Below, in pieces: positions 1 through 13,117 of a stretch of DNA of 64,000 nucleotides (position 1 is its first letter; every line of letters starts with the position of its first letter). The DNA lies in NCBI GenBank assembly GCA_964187785.1, contig OZ076413.1, positions 43,774,001 through 43,838,000 on the forward strand. The letters run 5' to 3'. Source of the stretch: Amphiscolops sp. MND2022 (lineage: Eukaryota). The notes under the pieces are model-generated. The model ran no database searches. It saw only the letters and a list, made by a program, of their open reading frames with translations, and was not told where the DNA came from. A program made the position numbers and the translations under genes.

Positions 1-1075
1 CGCTTTGATTGTATATGTTCATTGACAGAGGCTCCTGTAATAATTTAAAAACATGTCACTTCAGTTTTTGGTCATTTGATTTTGTACTAACAAATCAAAA
101 CTGTTTGCTGTAAAAACTTGCTTCATAAAACACTGACTTTTCGCTTTTATGCAAAAAATGCACGGTTTTTTGTTGAAGAAAATTTTGAATAAAGGGATAA
201 ATTAAATCTGCTTTCTTTCGCAACATGAAACAACAAAACGAGATCAAAAAGCAAAGAAGCTGAAACAGCGGTAGGCGTGGCTTGGGATGTCACTCAATAA
301 ACAATTCTGCCATATTAGGAAATGCTTTTATGCCAAACAACTCCTACATTCCCTCCCTTAGGAAACTGTTCACGCTCTTCAGGTGGAGTCAATGGTACAA
401 CTGATTCTTAAATTCTCTTCATCCTTGGGGTTTTTCCAATATCAAAAACAAGTTGACTACTTTAGTGTAACTTCGAAATTCCGTTATCAGAATTAAAACC
501 TCTTTAAAAATGATCAAGAAAAGTGTTAACCATTCAAAGACTAGTTCGGACAGCTTCCTTTCCATCAAAGATGCAATGAGACATCTTTGTTTTAATACTT
601 CAAGTGTAGATTTGAAAAAAGTTGGCAGCTTCTTCAATTTTTTGGGAGTGGCTTGAATGATTGACATTGCCAACATACTTTTCTGAACAGGATCAAAAAA
701 TTTTATTGCAAGGCCTCCAAGCCATTTTCAAGTAGAAGTATCTTTGTGATGAGACACAAATATATCTCATAAAACTCTGACAAACTGCAATATCTTCAAA
801 CCAATTGTTTTGAAGGACACGCTTCGTAGATCGCCAACCTTTTTTTTGGCATAGCAAGAGTTTGTGGCCTTCAATAGAAGTGCTCTTAGAAAGAAAAAGA
901 AAGAAAGAAACAAGGTTTTTCCGTGGGGTCGACGCCAAATATGCTTATCTGCTCTCCTGATTTGGGATACTGTATAAAAATAATGGTCTTGTCATTTGGC
1001 ATCTAAGGCCTAGGGATTAGTTACTAGCTCTTAGCATTGTCAAGGCGTTTGGCCCCTTTCTGACTTATAATTTTG

Positions 1076-1295
1076 AGCTTGGTGCAGTAGTTAGAGAATT
1101 CGGGCCGTACTGGGGCGGTAACAGATTCGAATCTCTCTCAACTCATCATTGTTAGGCCTTAAGCAAGTCCTTCATCTCTAGTTTAGTGGTATGGTCAATG
1201 ACAAAAAATAACGCACTTGACGGAGAAAAGCAATAACAAAAACCAACGATGAGCATTCGGACTTTTGTGACCTTGAGCAGGTCACTTTGAAACCA
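1076..1295 (+). mobile_element. Decayed tRNA-derived SINE-like sequence
   Basis: A-box-like TGGTGCAGTAG, B-box-like GATTCGAATC (1124), and downstream GTGACCTTGAGCAGGTCACTT resembling the CORE/V-SINE central motif. Confidence 0.4.
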
Positions 1296-1678
1296 CACAC
1301 TTCCACCATTGCTTCACCACTTGGCTGCAAATATGGTACCATACCTTGCTATGAGGAGTTTGGTACCATAGATTGTATTGGGGAGATAGTTTCCGAAAGG
1401 CCGTCGACTTAGAAAAGCAGAACTGCTTATTCGGCATCCACCCCGCGGAACTTGGGAAATGAACTTGTAGTATTTCACTAAGAGCTGGAACGTCGAAAAG
1501 GAATTACTCTCAGAATGGTTCAGTAAAGCCTATTCCAACCATCAGGTTTCACAACAAAAATCGAACGCTCATCCGTTTTTCCGATTTTCTTTGTACCCAA
1601 AACAACAGTTTCAGAGAAAATCACTTGAAACCATGTCAGTCGCGCCAGGAAGCGGGACACTGGATGTTAGAAGTCGCA

Positions 1679-1845
1679 CTAGACTAAGAAGCATGTTAGA
1701 AGCCGTAGACTAATCCGCACTTGAAAATTTCTCAGAAGAAATATAAAGAGACCTTCAAAGTTCCTGTCGCAGGCTGCCGCCTGTGATGGGATCAGGTATA
1801 CGACCTCAGCAGACAATCTGGAGATGGCACCTGGAACCCCCCCCA
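1679..1845 (-). pseudogene. Possible hAT transposase C-terminal remnant
   Basis: ISRLSAEVVYLIPSQAAACDRNFEGL resembles L.IP.SSA.CERNFS. Similarly decayed pieces occur at about 200-940 (AFPNMAELF, IPSHAYRCFS). Confidence 0.35.
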
Positions 1846-2770
1846 AATTTATTAAACTGAAATTTTTCTCATTTAGAATTAAAATGTTTGATTTATTATC
1901 ACACAAGCTGTTATATTCACAGGTTGATAATAATGACGTTTAGAACATTAGACTGTTGACAATTTTTTGATGATTGATTTGGATGTGTTTATAATGCAAA
2001 GTTGAAAGCAGCATAGAAAGCTACTGTGTTATGTAAAAGAAACGCGTTCGAGTGCGCAAACGTCCTTCCTCGGCGATCTAAGTTGCTACAATCAATCAAC
2101 CAATCAGAGCAACCAATCAGAGTGCAGTATATTTATAGTATTACTTTGCAGTATTTTTTTAATATGCCGATTACGACATTTTGACCAAACAACGCTGCTA
2201 ATTGAAACGCCAACAGTCAAACGGCCGATTCAGGCCAATACCATTTTTTTGGTCAGAAGTGCTTTGCCTAGTCAATAATAATGTACCTTTGACTAAGAAG
2301 TGCTTGAGTTGTTCCTTTTCATTTATTTTCATAAGCAAAAATTGTAAGTAATGATCCGTTGTTTGTTGTTGTCACACACGTGTTGTGCTGGTCTTTAATC
2401 ATACTCAGGCTGAATTGTTAAAAAAGGGAGCAGTCTAAAGTCCTTTTTGACCATGATATTACAGAAACTTAACATGTAAGATCGTTGGAGTTTAGAAAAT
2501 ATACTCATCAGCCTGCGTGTGTAGGCATGTGCTAGTAGAGAATGTTTACATTCTGGCAATTCTAAAGTATGGTAATCGTTTGATGAGTCTCACCGCCTTT
2601 TAGTGTTTGATGCTTCAATCAAAGAAATATTTTAAATGTCATATGATGTATACAACTCCATCCTTTTGATGCCTTGACTTGGGTCCTATGACCTGATCAG
2701 TTGCTGATTTAAGAATTTGGTATCAATGATGTTCCATGATTGGTATGAAGTCTGATCTGCTAGAATATGT

Positions 2771-3251
2771 AAACAAGACGAGAACGTCTAAAGTCGGCGC
2801 TTTATCTAAGGCTCAAAATGCGCAAAAGACTTTTTTTGAAAAATACTTGAAATTTTTGATTTTTTTTCTTTCAGAAAATGTCGCATAGTGCCGAAAATGT
2901 AAAAGGGGGGACCCTTTTGGATTTATTTACATTCTGCTGCAAAATATCAAAAAACTCGAAGGGGGACCCTTTGTGGATATTTAAAAATTCTCGAAAAAAG
3001 TCACAGTGGCAAAAAAATCGAAAGGGGACCCTTTAGTCTCGTCCGGTTTTGTAGGTTACGTTAAAAAAGTAAAAAATAAAAAGGGGACCCTTTGCACTAA
3101 GTTTGCCTTGACCGGACTTGGCCTGAGTAGTTTAAGTAGTTTCTGTAGAAAATGGACCGATCAGTATGAGGTCTGTGGTCTCAAGAAAAAAAGAAGGTCA
3201 GTGTAAGAGTCGGGCATTTTTCCTTAAAAGGAAAAAAACGCCAACTAAAAA
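2771..3251 (-). mobile_element. DINE-1/HINE-like non-autonomous Helentron derivative
   Basis: One end is AAACA-AGACG-AGAA-CGTCT (hairpin) followed by sub-TIR AGTCGGCG. The other end has an internal IR plus sub-TIR (GAGTCGGGC...CGCCAACTAAAA). Ends lie in A/T runs with no TSD. Confidence 0.7.
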
Positions 3252-3339
3252 CAGCTTTGTCTGGATAAATTCTCGGATGCCATTTGATAACTAATTCTAT
3301 TGTGACGTTTTTTTGCAAAATTTCAACGCTAAAAAACGT

Positions 3340-3717
3340 TTTCAAGGAACAACTTAACAGCTCTTTGGGCTTTATTAACATATATTCTGTTGCAAAATAT
3401 CAAAAAACTCGAAAGGGGGACTCTTTTGAGACATTAAAAAATTTTCGAAAAAAGTCGCACAATGCCGAAAAAAAATCGAACCTTTTAGTCTCGTCCGGTT
3501 TTGTAGGTTACGGTAAAAAAGTAAACAATGAAAGGGGGGACCCTTTTGCACTAATTGCCCCTGACCGGACTTGGCCTCTTATGCTAGTAGTTTCAGTAGT
3601 TTCGATTGTAAGAAAAGTGGTCCAATCAGAGTGAGATTGTAGTCTGACGAAAAAAAAGAAAAAAACTAGCCACTGTAAGAGTCCGGCACTTTTCCCTAGA
3701 AAGGCACCGACTAAAAA
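3340..3717 (-). mobile_element. Partial second HINE-family copy in tandem
   Basis: Repeats 2915-3250 and ends ...GGCACCGACTAAAAA. Left boundary approximate. Confidence 0.65.
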
Positions 3718-4440
3718 TGAGAGAGTCATGCTGACGGGAGTGTATATACTCTCTTCTCCCTGAAGCTGACACTTAATTCACAAACTTGTTACTGTTCAAC
3801 CACTTCCAATTTCGTTTTCCAGTTAGAATAATTTACTATTTACAATCGGAATTTCTTGATGCCTACCACAAGAAAGCAAAAGAACAAAAGAAGGATAGAA
3901 ATTCTAGAGAAACAGATATGTTATATGATATAGAAAACCTTGATATAATGATAGGAGGAAGTAACTTAGAGAGAGAAGAAAGCGTGTCTAGTAACTTTGG
4001 CAGAAGGCCTGATAGTCCTAGTTACGATACTTTGATAAACCAGAACACTAACTCTCACTCAAACTCACGCGTAGCCTAAATTAGAACTTGTGCCCAAAAA
4101 GGCCAAAGTCTGAGGGAGACTGGTTCTAACAGTGAGTTTAATAGACTGTCAGGAGAGTTGAAACAAAGAATCACACAAAATATGTGTGATTTTATGAGTA
4201 CGGTAAGTTCCCAGATCCAACGGGTCTTAAATGAAGCTATAAGTGATCAGATTTTTCCTCAGATCCAAGCTACATTGAGGACCGGACAGGGACAATTACC
4301 CGAAAGAATGTGGGAAGCTCGGATTAGAGGACAGGGGTTCAGATCTGAAGAAGCTGTGAACCGTAGATTCAGAAGTAATTCGAGAGATGAGTTTCCTAGG
4401 TTCCCAAATAGGAATTAAAACCTAGAGAGTACTCACGACA
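3718..4440 (+). mobile_element. Probable solo LTR or retroelement 5' fragment carrying a decayed ~190-codon gag-like N-terminal ORF (about 3859-4440)
   Basis: TG...GACA ends. MPTTRKQK...DIENLDIMIGG...ELKQRITQ...ESTHD with one frameshift and two stops; helical, coiled-coil-like composition. No TSD found. Confidence 0.45.
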
Positions 4441-5208
4441 GATCCTGAAAGCTTTTCGTGTAAATAATTGTAAGACAAATGCTCCACAATATTTTTCGCG
4501 CTTAAATTAACTTCATCCTATCTCATATGAAACGTTGTTTAGGGCAGAACTCAAAAATGTCGGGGACGTAAACTCATCATGGTTTTTGAGACCCAAAAAT
4601 TGATTTACGGTAATTTATACTTTTTTGCCTTCTCCGAAGGCATTCATTTCGTTTCATTCGTTTTCATTTCATTCGTTTTCGAATCCCATTTTACTGCTTT
4701 TCAATAATTCATTTGTAGAACATAAGTTTGCAAAAATGGGCTCATTCTCGGAAAATGTTGTTTATTGAAAAGTACTGGTTTTCTTGTTCGTTTACAATTG
4801 AACATTTTTTGAAAATGAAGTAGTCCTCTTGAAGGTTTCAATTTTTTCCGTTTTTTTGCCGCCTAAGTTGACACTTTTCAGTTGAAAAGGCCGCCTAATT
4901 CTAACATCCGCTGTCTAAATTTTACTCTAAAAAAACTGAAAAAGTATTACAATGAAAAGATAAATAAACCTCTTTCCAGAAGAGTTTTGGAAGAAAATGA
5001 AAACATGTATAAACGTACAATAAAAGAAATAAGAAAAAGACGACTAAAATGATACAAATGCGTATGAATCATCAATGCGTGTTTCAGCTGTGACAGAGCA
5101 AAATTCAAGTTCTACTGCTATATAACAAGCCGGGAACGACTCAAGTCGGCACCCCGCTCAAGGTTCAAAAAATTAAACGTTTTTTAAATATACAAAAGGA
5201 CAATATAT

Positions 5209-6552
5209 TTGTGCTTTGAGCAATTTTAGCTTGCCTATACACTCTAATGTGTTTTGCGGGTCACCTGTGGGAACGAGTTTTTCGTTCAGTGTCATTTTCA
5301 AAGCTTTCAGTTTTTCGGTACTGTGAGAACGTTCGTTTTTCGCCCGAGCTTTGCATCGAAACAGAAAACAGCACATTCTACTCTTTCTCTATATAAATAC
5401 CCTGATAACTACCATCACACTCTACTCTTTTGTTTATTTGCGCCTTTGCTTTTCAGTCTTATCACCAATGGGGACTTTATACAATTTGTTAAGCTGTTTC
5501 CTTGAATGTTTGCTTTCTTCGTAGTTCTCTAACGAAGGATAGTTGGATTGTTTAAAAACATCCAACATTTTTTGAAGTCAATTTTTTAGTCAGCGTTTTC
5601 GGCTCTTACAGTTTTTTTTCGTCAGTTCAACGCGATCTGTCCAATTTTTCTGCATTATGCACTTTTACGATAAGTACTTAGTACTTCATTTTCAACACAT
5701 CCAAAGCCTCTAACATGAAATACAAAAGCATTCCAAAGCAGAAGGGTCCACTTTTTTTGACACCATGAGACCCTCCCTTTTTACGGCTTTTTGAGACTCT
5801 TTTTCGAAACTTTTCAATGTCTCCAAAGGGTCATTTTTTAAACTATTTTGCAATAGAATGGATGTTGGAAAACCCCAGAAGGTCCCTTACGGTTTTCGGC
5901 ACTAGTAGTTTGCAAAATAGTTTAAAAAATGACCCTTTGGAGACATTGAAAAGTTTCGAAAAAGAGTCTCAAAAAGCCGTAAAAAGGGAGGGTCTCATGG
6001 TGTCAACAAAAGTGGACCCTTCTGCTTTGGAATGCTTTTGTATTTCATGTTAGAGGCTTTGGATGTGTTCAAAATGAAGAACTAAATACTTGTCGTAAAA
6101 GTGCATAATGCAGAAAAATTGGACAGATCGCGTTGAACTGACGAAAAAAAAACTGTAAGAGCCGGAAACGCCGACTAAAAATTGACTTCAAAAAATGTTG
6201 GATGTTTTTAAACAATCCAACTATCATTCGTTAGAGAACTACGAAGAAAGCAAACATTCAAGGAAACAGCTTAACAAATTGTATAAAGTCCACATTGGTG
6301 ATAAGACTGAAAAGCAAAGGCGCAAATCAACAAAAGAGTAGTGTGATGGTAGTTATCAGGGTCTTCATATAAAGACAGAGTAGAATGTGCTGTTTTCTGC
6401 TCCGATGCAAACCCCGGGCGAAAAACGAACGTTCTCACAGCACCGAAAAACTGAAAGCTTCGCAAATGACACTGAACAAAAAACTCGTTCCCACAGGTGA
6501 CCCGCAAAACAGATTAGAGTGCATAGGCAAGCTAAAATTGCTCAAAGCACAA
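5209..6552. repeat. Large inverted duplication (arms 5209-5853 and 5910-6552, 56-bp spacer)
   Basis: The arms are reverse complements throughout, with scattered substitutions. Confidence 0.95.
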
Positions 6553-7012
6553 TTTTGTGCTTTAAATACCTCGGATTCCACGACCATACATTTAACCGTG
6601 CAAAATTGTCAAATTACGTCATATGTCCCGGATTCCACGGATTCTGACGTGGGTGGATTCAAGTAACAAATGCTTAGCTGTACGCACTGTCGGCATGCCG
6701 CTTTGTCCCTAATTCCACAAAAACGTAAGTTTTGCAAAACGAACCAATCAAATTGCATAAATCATAACTTTCGTGGATTCCAAGACTTTAGGCTTGACGC
6801 GATACGCGGCATCTCTTCTTGAATTAAATTCAGGTGGAAGACTGGACAAACATAATATTATGCACTACTTTTCGTATATAATAATTCAAAATCATTCAGA
6901 CTTTGGGAATTCATCAAAGGGAAATACTGTCCTGGATTCCACGACTTTTTTCAATTTTCGTGTCCCGGATTCCACGACAAGCGGCAGAATAGCTTGCCTA
7001 TGCACTGTGAAG
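6512..7012. mobile_element. MITE (~500 bp), same family as 56471-56685
   Basis: TIR AGTGCATAGGCAAGCT / AGCTTGCCTATGCACT; GGATTCCA motif repeated about 5 times internally. Confidence 0.82.
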
Positions 7013-8448
7013 CAGTGATTACTGGCAAAAAAACTTTCAAAAAGTTTTTGTTTACAAATAACATATAGCCCGTGATTTAAAAAAAAACAAGTTTCAACAA
7101 TTACATTGGAGAAGTTACTTAATTCATTGTTAGCCATATTGACCCTTAGTTTCATCATATATGATTTCATGCACTGTATTGGCTAAAAACACACTTTAGT
7201 TACTTGGAATAATTTTCGATGAACTGTAGCTTTCAATCTTTTGGCAGTTCCCACGAATATCTAGTAACCTGTTTTGTCTCAGTTTAAAGAATTCAGTTTC
7301 AAAGTTGACTTTGGCCATATCTAAAAACTTCAAGTTTTTTTCCGCCCACACATTTATATGCTACGGAAAATGATATTTCTGCCGCACTACAATTTCGGTT
7401 CAAGCCTAAAATTGCCGTTTTTTAATTTTGTACCCAAATGAGTAGGGTTCTTCCAAAATTTTTAACATCACAAAACCAAAGTCATAACTACAACCACTTC
7501 TTACATCTAGTTGCTGAACATGTCTTTGAACAAACCAACAATGTCAATATGACTGGAATAGCCAGTCATCATATCATTCACATCATTCACATCATCACAT
7601 CATTCACCTTCCATCATTATCTTGTCCAACCAATTGTGAAACATACTTGTGAATATGGTTCTCATCATTACTTTTCATCCAAGTATGTATGCAAGTATGA
7701 CTGATAACCAGTCGTCAATACCGTATATCTACACAAATTATCCAATTAGACATTGAAATAAAATCAATGGACATACAGTAGTATATTTCAAAACCAATGA
7801 TTACAGTAGTTATTATTAATACAAAACCTTTACAAGTATTTCGAACAAAACTTTGAATATGCAGTTCCCACAACGACGGAAATGTGCAGCAGATTCTATC
7901 TCAAAGTAGTAAATCACTCATTGCGGTAGTTCACACCAAACAAGAACTGGGCTATGATCGGTCGGTACAGTCACGTGACTGGACGGGCAACCAGTATTGC
8001 GTCAAAGTGTTTGGTAAGTCAGAAAAATGCAAGATTCTGTACTACCACGACTGCAGGTTGCTATCGTCAATATAACTATGTTTGATGTAAACGTAGTCTA
8101 TATACATCAAATACACGTAGTCTTGTATATACTTAAATAAACGTAATCTTGGTGTCAACATAAGATCCCAATTCAAATCAGTAAAACTGCAATCTTTTAT
8201 CGTCAACTAACAGTCTCAAGCAGATATGAATGATTGCAAGGATAATGACGAAACTGACAGCTTTCCTGATTTCCCAATAAAAGATATGGACGATGGCATC
8301 GAAAAATAATAATTAGAATTACAAGAAGGAGAGCATGAGAAAGTCAGGGTCGAAAGACGGTTCACTGACATCAACCTTCGGATTTGCCAGTTGAATGGAT
8401 TAGTTAAAACGTTGACTAAGAAGGGATTAATTTTCCAGTGTTCTAAGT

Positions 8449-8952
8449 CGTACGGCAACAACTCATATCAAGCGACAACTCATATCAGGCGACAATCCAT
8501 GACAGTTTGAAAGGGCGACAACTCATGTCAGTTGAATCTAATATCACAAAATAAAAATCTACATACTAAACTTCATTTCAAGTAAATGATTGGATCATTA
8601 TGGGAAAATTAGTTGATTGGTAAGTAATTATTAGAAGTTATAAAAAAAGTAGAATCTACAAAAAATTATCAATCTAATTGATAGTCAATTCTTTATCACA
8701 CCTTTGAGTAGAGCGCATAAAATACGCATAAATTATAAATTTTCTACTTGTTGCAATTTATAAATTGCAATTGAGGTTGAATTTGAGAATTCTAACATAT
8801 TGGCAAACCCGATATGAGTTGTCGCTTTTTCTAAATTGATATGAATTATCGCTTGATATAAGTTGTCGCTTTTTCAAATTGATATGAGTTGTCGCCTGAT
8901 ATGAGTTGTCGCCTGATATGAGTTGTCGCCTGATATAAGTTGTCGCTGTGCC
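8449..8952. mobile_element. Non-autonomous MULE/foldback-type element with tandem-repeat TIRs
   Basis: 17-bp unit GCGACAACTCATATCAG at the left; inverted tandem copies at 8811-8947; degenerate 9-bp flanks GTTCTAAGT / GTTTTTAGA. Confidence 0.75.
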
Positions 8953-9702
8953 GTTTTTAGATCATGCTCTCATTAATTTTGCATCATTTGCTTGTACGTT
9001 TAGTTTTTTCCAGCGCCTCGAAGTCCTCTTTCTAGTGATTTTAGATTCCAATGCAGTGCTTTCAAATCTTATTTTTCTAGTGATTCTTATGAATCATCTT
9101 CCAGTAAATTCAGATCTTATTACGGTTGTCTTGGGTCCTTGTTCCGAGTGTACTCAGATCAATACTTTTTGCAGATTCAGACCCTACTCTATTGATTTCA
9201 TGTGCTGAAATTCAACTTCGATCGGCGACTTGTTGTAGCAACGAATTGAAAAAATTTTCATCACCTGAAATCGTTGCAACTTGGGACGGCGCCTGCAAGA
9301 AATCTGAGTTTTGAGTCTCCACCGATGTCTCCACCACAGGATTCACACGATGACAAGAATTTTTCTTTAATTCGTATCTCCAATGCTTTTGAAAACATTT
9401 TCTCGGTTGATCTAATTCGATTTTTGAGACATCGATTTCCGTCCATGGATCATGAATGAAAAACGCATAGCTCATGCCATTCAATGCGAAAAAAAACGTG
9501 ATTTTGTACTTGGACAATGTATGGAATTCGCGTGGACCACGTATATACAATGCTTAGAAGCATTTGGTTCGTCAACACTGAACCGCATCGTCGGTGCAGT
9601 TAGATTTGGTTGTATCGACAGAAAGCATTAGCATGGTATTGGAGTTTTCAAAATATAACTTTGAAGAGATATTGAATTCAATTGGTTTGAGATATAAGTT
9701 TA

Positions 9703-10278
9703 CCCGGATCCTTATTCATGAGGCTTCTATGTATGAAACTAAATGAACGGCCGAATTCCATGCGATTCCATGCGATTCCATGCACGAAATCATAAAATTC
9801 TTGCTTTCCGCACGTTTCCATACATAGAATCATATGGTTTCAAGCGTGGAACCGCATGGGAAAATTAGCAAAAATTTTAAATACTTGAAATTTCAAATTT
9901 TTTTGGTTGTGACCGTGTCTTTTTCAGCAGAGAAACACGTAAGGCTGTTGGATGTGGGGAAAATGAAGTGAAATGCATGAAAAATACAACTGAAAGTCCT
10001 CTTCGTGATATTTTTGAGTTGCGCCAGCAGAGCGTCTCCAACATAAGGACATGGTTTCTAAATATTTGCAAACTCTGATTGCAGTTCCGTGCTGTGTACG
10101 ACATCTTCAACGAATGTTTTACTTTTTTTCTTACTTTCCATTCTTTTGCGTTCCAATATTGTGATGCTGAACTCAAGATTTTAAGTGGTCGATGTGCTTT
10201 TTCAAACGGTTTCGCCCACGGTCCACTATGATTCCATACGATTCCATGCATGGAAACGGCATGAGATTGTCGTATGGG
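9703..10278. mobile_element. Possible CACTA/EnSpm-type non-autonomous element
   Basis: CCC...GGG ends and subterminal ATTCCATGCG repeats; no clean TSD. Confidence 0.45.
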
Positions 10279-12227
10279 ATCATTTGAATCATAAAAATCA
10301 TAAAAATTACTGATCGTGAAAATTTCAGAAAACTACTTTTCAGAAAAGTTTCAACAACAAAACTTCGGATCTTGTGAGTGGCTTCGAACAGAAAATTGAT
10401 CTTGCTGAGGAAAGTAAATCTGAAATATCAGTTCAGTTTTAGTTCAGAAGAAGTTTGTTGTTGATAACATGTTGTTTTACAACATTTTGTGAAATTGGCC
10501 CAAGTTTCAATTCATGGAAAATAAAAAATGTCAATTGAAATTTTCTTTATTCTCCTATATTCTTTATTTCTTTATTTATCTCTTCATATCTCCTATTTTA
10601 GAAGGAAAAAGAATCAAATACTGTAAAACTTAACTGATACTTAAAAAATCCTTTCGAGGCGATATTATTTTTTGAGAATTTTCATTAACGGGTTTCTCAG
10701 TTCCAATTTCTTGAAGTGCCACTACAACAATTGCTTTTGCAGGAAACTCCAATTTTTAATTAGTTTCTCTTACGTAAAGTGACCAATTTAATATCTCATT
10801 TTTCTGCTTTTTTCCGCTTAATAGCTTATTTATTCAGATTTGCACCCACGAAATTAACCAATTGCGCGCAAAATCAATCTTTATAAATGCACTTGTGACA
10901 GGAAATGAACAATCAAGTGGGAATCATTTTCTGTTTTTTTTTCATTCTTGTATTTTCCACGTTTCCATGGAAATTCTGAACTGTGCACCACTGTATACAA
11001 CAAATAGGCTAAAAATGGGAAAATGTTGTTTCGTCCTGTTGGTCTGTTTGTATTCAATGACGTCACGGAAAGATAATTGATAAGGAAGTACTTTAAAAAA
11101 TTTAACAAATTGTTAATTCAAAAGCCTTTCACAAAAGATGAATTTTTCTGTATGCCACTCTTGTTGGAGTGCTTTTAAAAAAAGCCTGAACTGTTAGTTG
11201 ATCACGCCATTAGTTGGCTACAGCCGCTGGTCAAAACAGGATATTAATGGAAAAGTAGGGATTGATTGAAATCATGAAAATGGAGGAAATGTGCATCTTA
11301 ATATACTTGTCAATTAATGACTATTGACCGATATGTTCACGTCGATTTCAGCTGACATGATTAGACACGTACGTATAAGGTAAAAAAATAACGGAAATGA
11401 AATTTGCTCATAAATAAGAGTCTCTTAAAGACAGATAAAGATTAAAAGCTTCGTTTTGCTTTTCCTGAATAGAAATCGATAATTGTTATGATTCATTCAA
11501 AACACAACGTCATAAGATTTAGTTTGAATGGGTAGATTAAAAATAAAGCTGACTTCGGTTCATTATAGAAAAATGCCTCCTAACAAATGGAATTCTCCAT
11601 CCGTGAAACTAAAAGCTGAAGCAATTATCTTTTCTCCTAGGCCAAAGTGCCGAACGTTTCAGTGATTTTCAAAGCCCAAAAATCACTTTAGAGTAACTGC
11701 GTTTTTTATAACTCTTTGACCGTTGTCATCTCCAAGCGTTTATTATGATGCCATCAATAATTAAGCACATGCCAATGATTGATTTGACAACAAACGAACT
11801 CAAATTTTGCAGGTTGATTCAAATGAGTAGCAGAAGGCAAAATTTTTGTCATTTAATTTAATTATCTATGGAGTTTCTCATAGGTAATCCCAAATTTCGC
11901 AGTAGGTAACTAAATTTCGCAGATATCGCATTTTTCTATATTGCCGTAGTCTTACAAGATAGTTAGCTAAATTTATTCACAACGGCCGTATTGAGCCCGT
12001 AATACTTGTGAAGGTAGAATATTTAAGGTTTCGGTAGAAAATTTTGTATGCATGCTTGTTTGCAATTAATTAAACAATTTACAAATGGCACGTTGTACAC
12101 TTTTAGTCGGGCTTGTATGAAGTACAGACTGAGTGTTTTTTTTTCGTTTTGATACGAATTTTTTTTTCGTGCGGAATAATTAATATAATTTGTTCAAATA
12201 ATTCCTGTCTGAAACTATTAACGACTG

Positions 12228-12859
12228 CAGTGGTGGCAAACTAGAAATACTTCCCACTTGGCATAGTGGTTAATGCGTGTATCTGCAGGCGGTGACTGTT
12301 GCTGGGGTGCAGGTGAATTCGATCCCTCGCTATTCTATACTAACTTTTTTTTGCGAAAATAGACAAGACCGAAGAGCAACGATTTTGGATTTTTTTCTAA
12401 ACTAAAAAGGAATGAAAATAAAAACAGAAAAGAATTTGTTTTGAGAAAAAAATTTTAGAAAGTTTTGTATTTGAGGTTTTTAGATAGGGTAAAAAGTTCT
12501 TTTAGTCTCAAGGGTGCTCACCTTGGCAATGTTTTGGTACTGTGGTCGAGCTTAACCTCAAGTAATACTACCTTGAGCATTATCAAAACACTTTGTTTTT
12601 TTGAGACTAAAATGGAACGTCAACTTAAATTGAATTATGATGTTACCAAACTATTAGCAACACCAAGGCCGTGGAAATACGCACTTTGAAACTGCCATTT
12701 TGGAGCCCCATATGCATGAAATTGTTCACAAAATTAAAAGTCATTTTTGATATGTCCGTGCTGTATTTTTCGTGGCGACTTATTTTTTTCAAGTTTGTTA
12801 TTCAAGACATCCTGTAGGAATTTACGAAAATTATTGCAGTAAAATTATTGCCACCACTG
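12228..12859. mobile_element. hAT-like MITE
   Basis: Perfect 12-bp TIR CAGTGGTGGCAA / TTGCCACCACTG; TSD not evident; contains a tRNA-like segment. Confidence 0.55.
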
Positions 12860-13117
12860 CGCCCCTCGTCAATTTTCTTTCAACCTATTTCAGCTGACCG
12901 AAAACACTACAGAATTCTGCACTTTTCGCTCAAGATTTTAAGAGGTTCCGCCCGGCCCAAAGAGCCGCTTTTTTGAGAACAATAGAATTTTTCTTCATAC
13001 ACAAACTTGTAGAAGACCTGTGATTTTCTACACTTTCTTTGCGACGTTTGTTCGATAGTATCCTTCATTAAGCGTTTCTCCTTTGGTTTTTGTGATGTTC
13101 TCAGTTGAGGAAAAGTG

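Noticed and set aside
8455..8947. CRISPR-like repeated 17-mers
   Set aside because: Mostly head-to-tail without unique spacers, inverted at the two ends, and in a eukaryotic context; these are transposon TIR sub-repeats.
12258..12332. Functional tRNA gene
   Set aside because: No acceptor stem or complete cloverleaf can be drawn; only box-like motifs are present.
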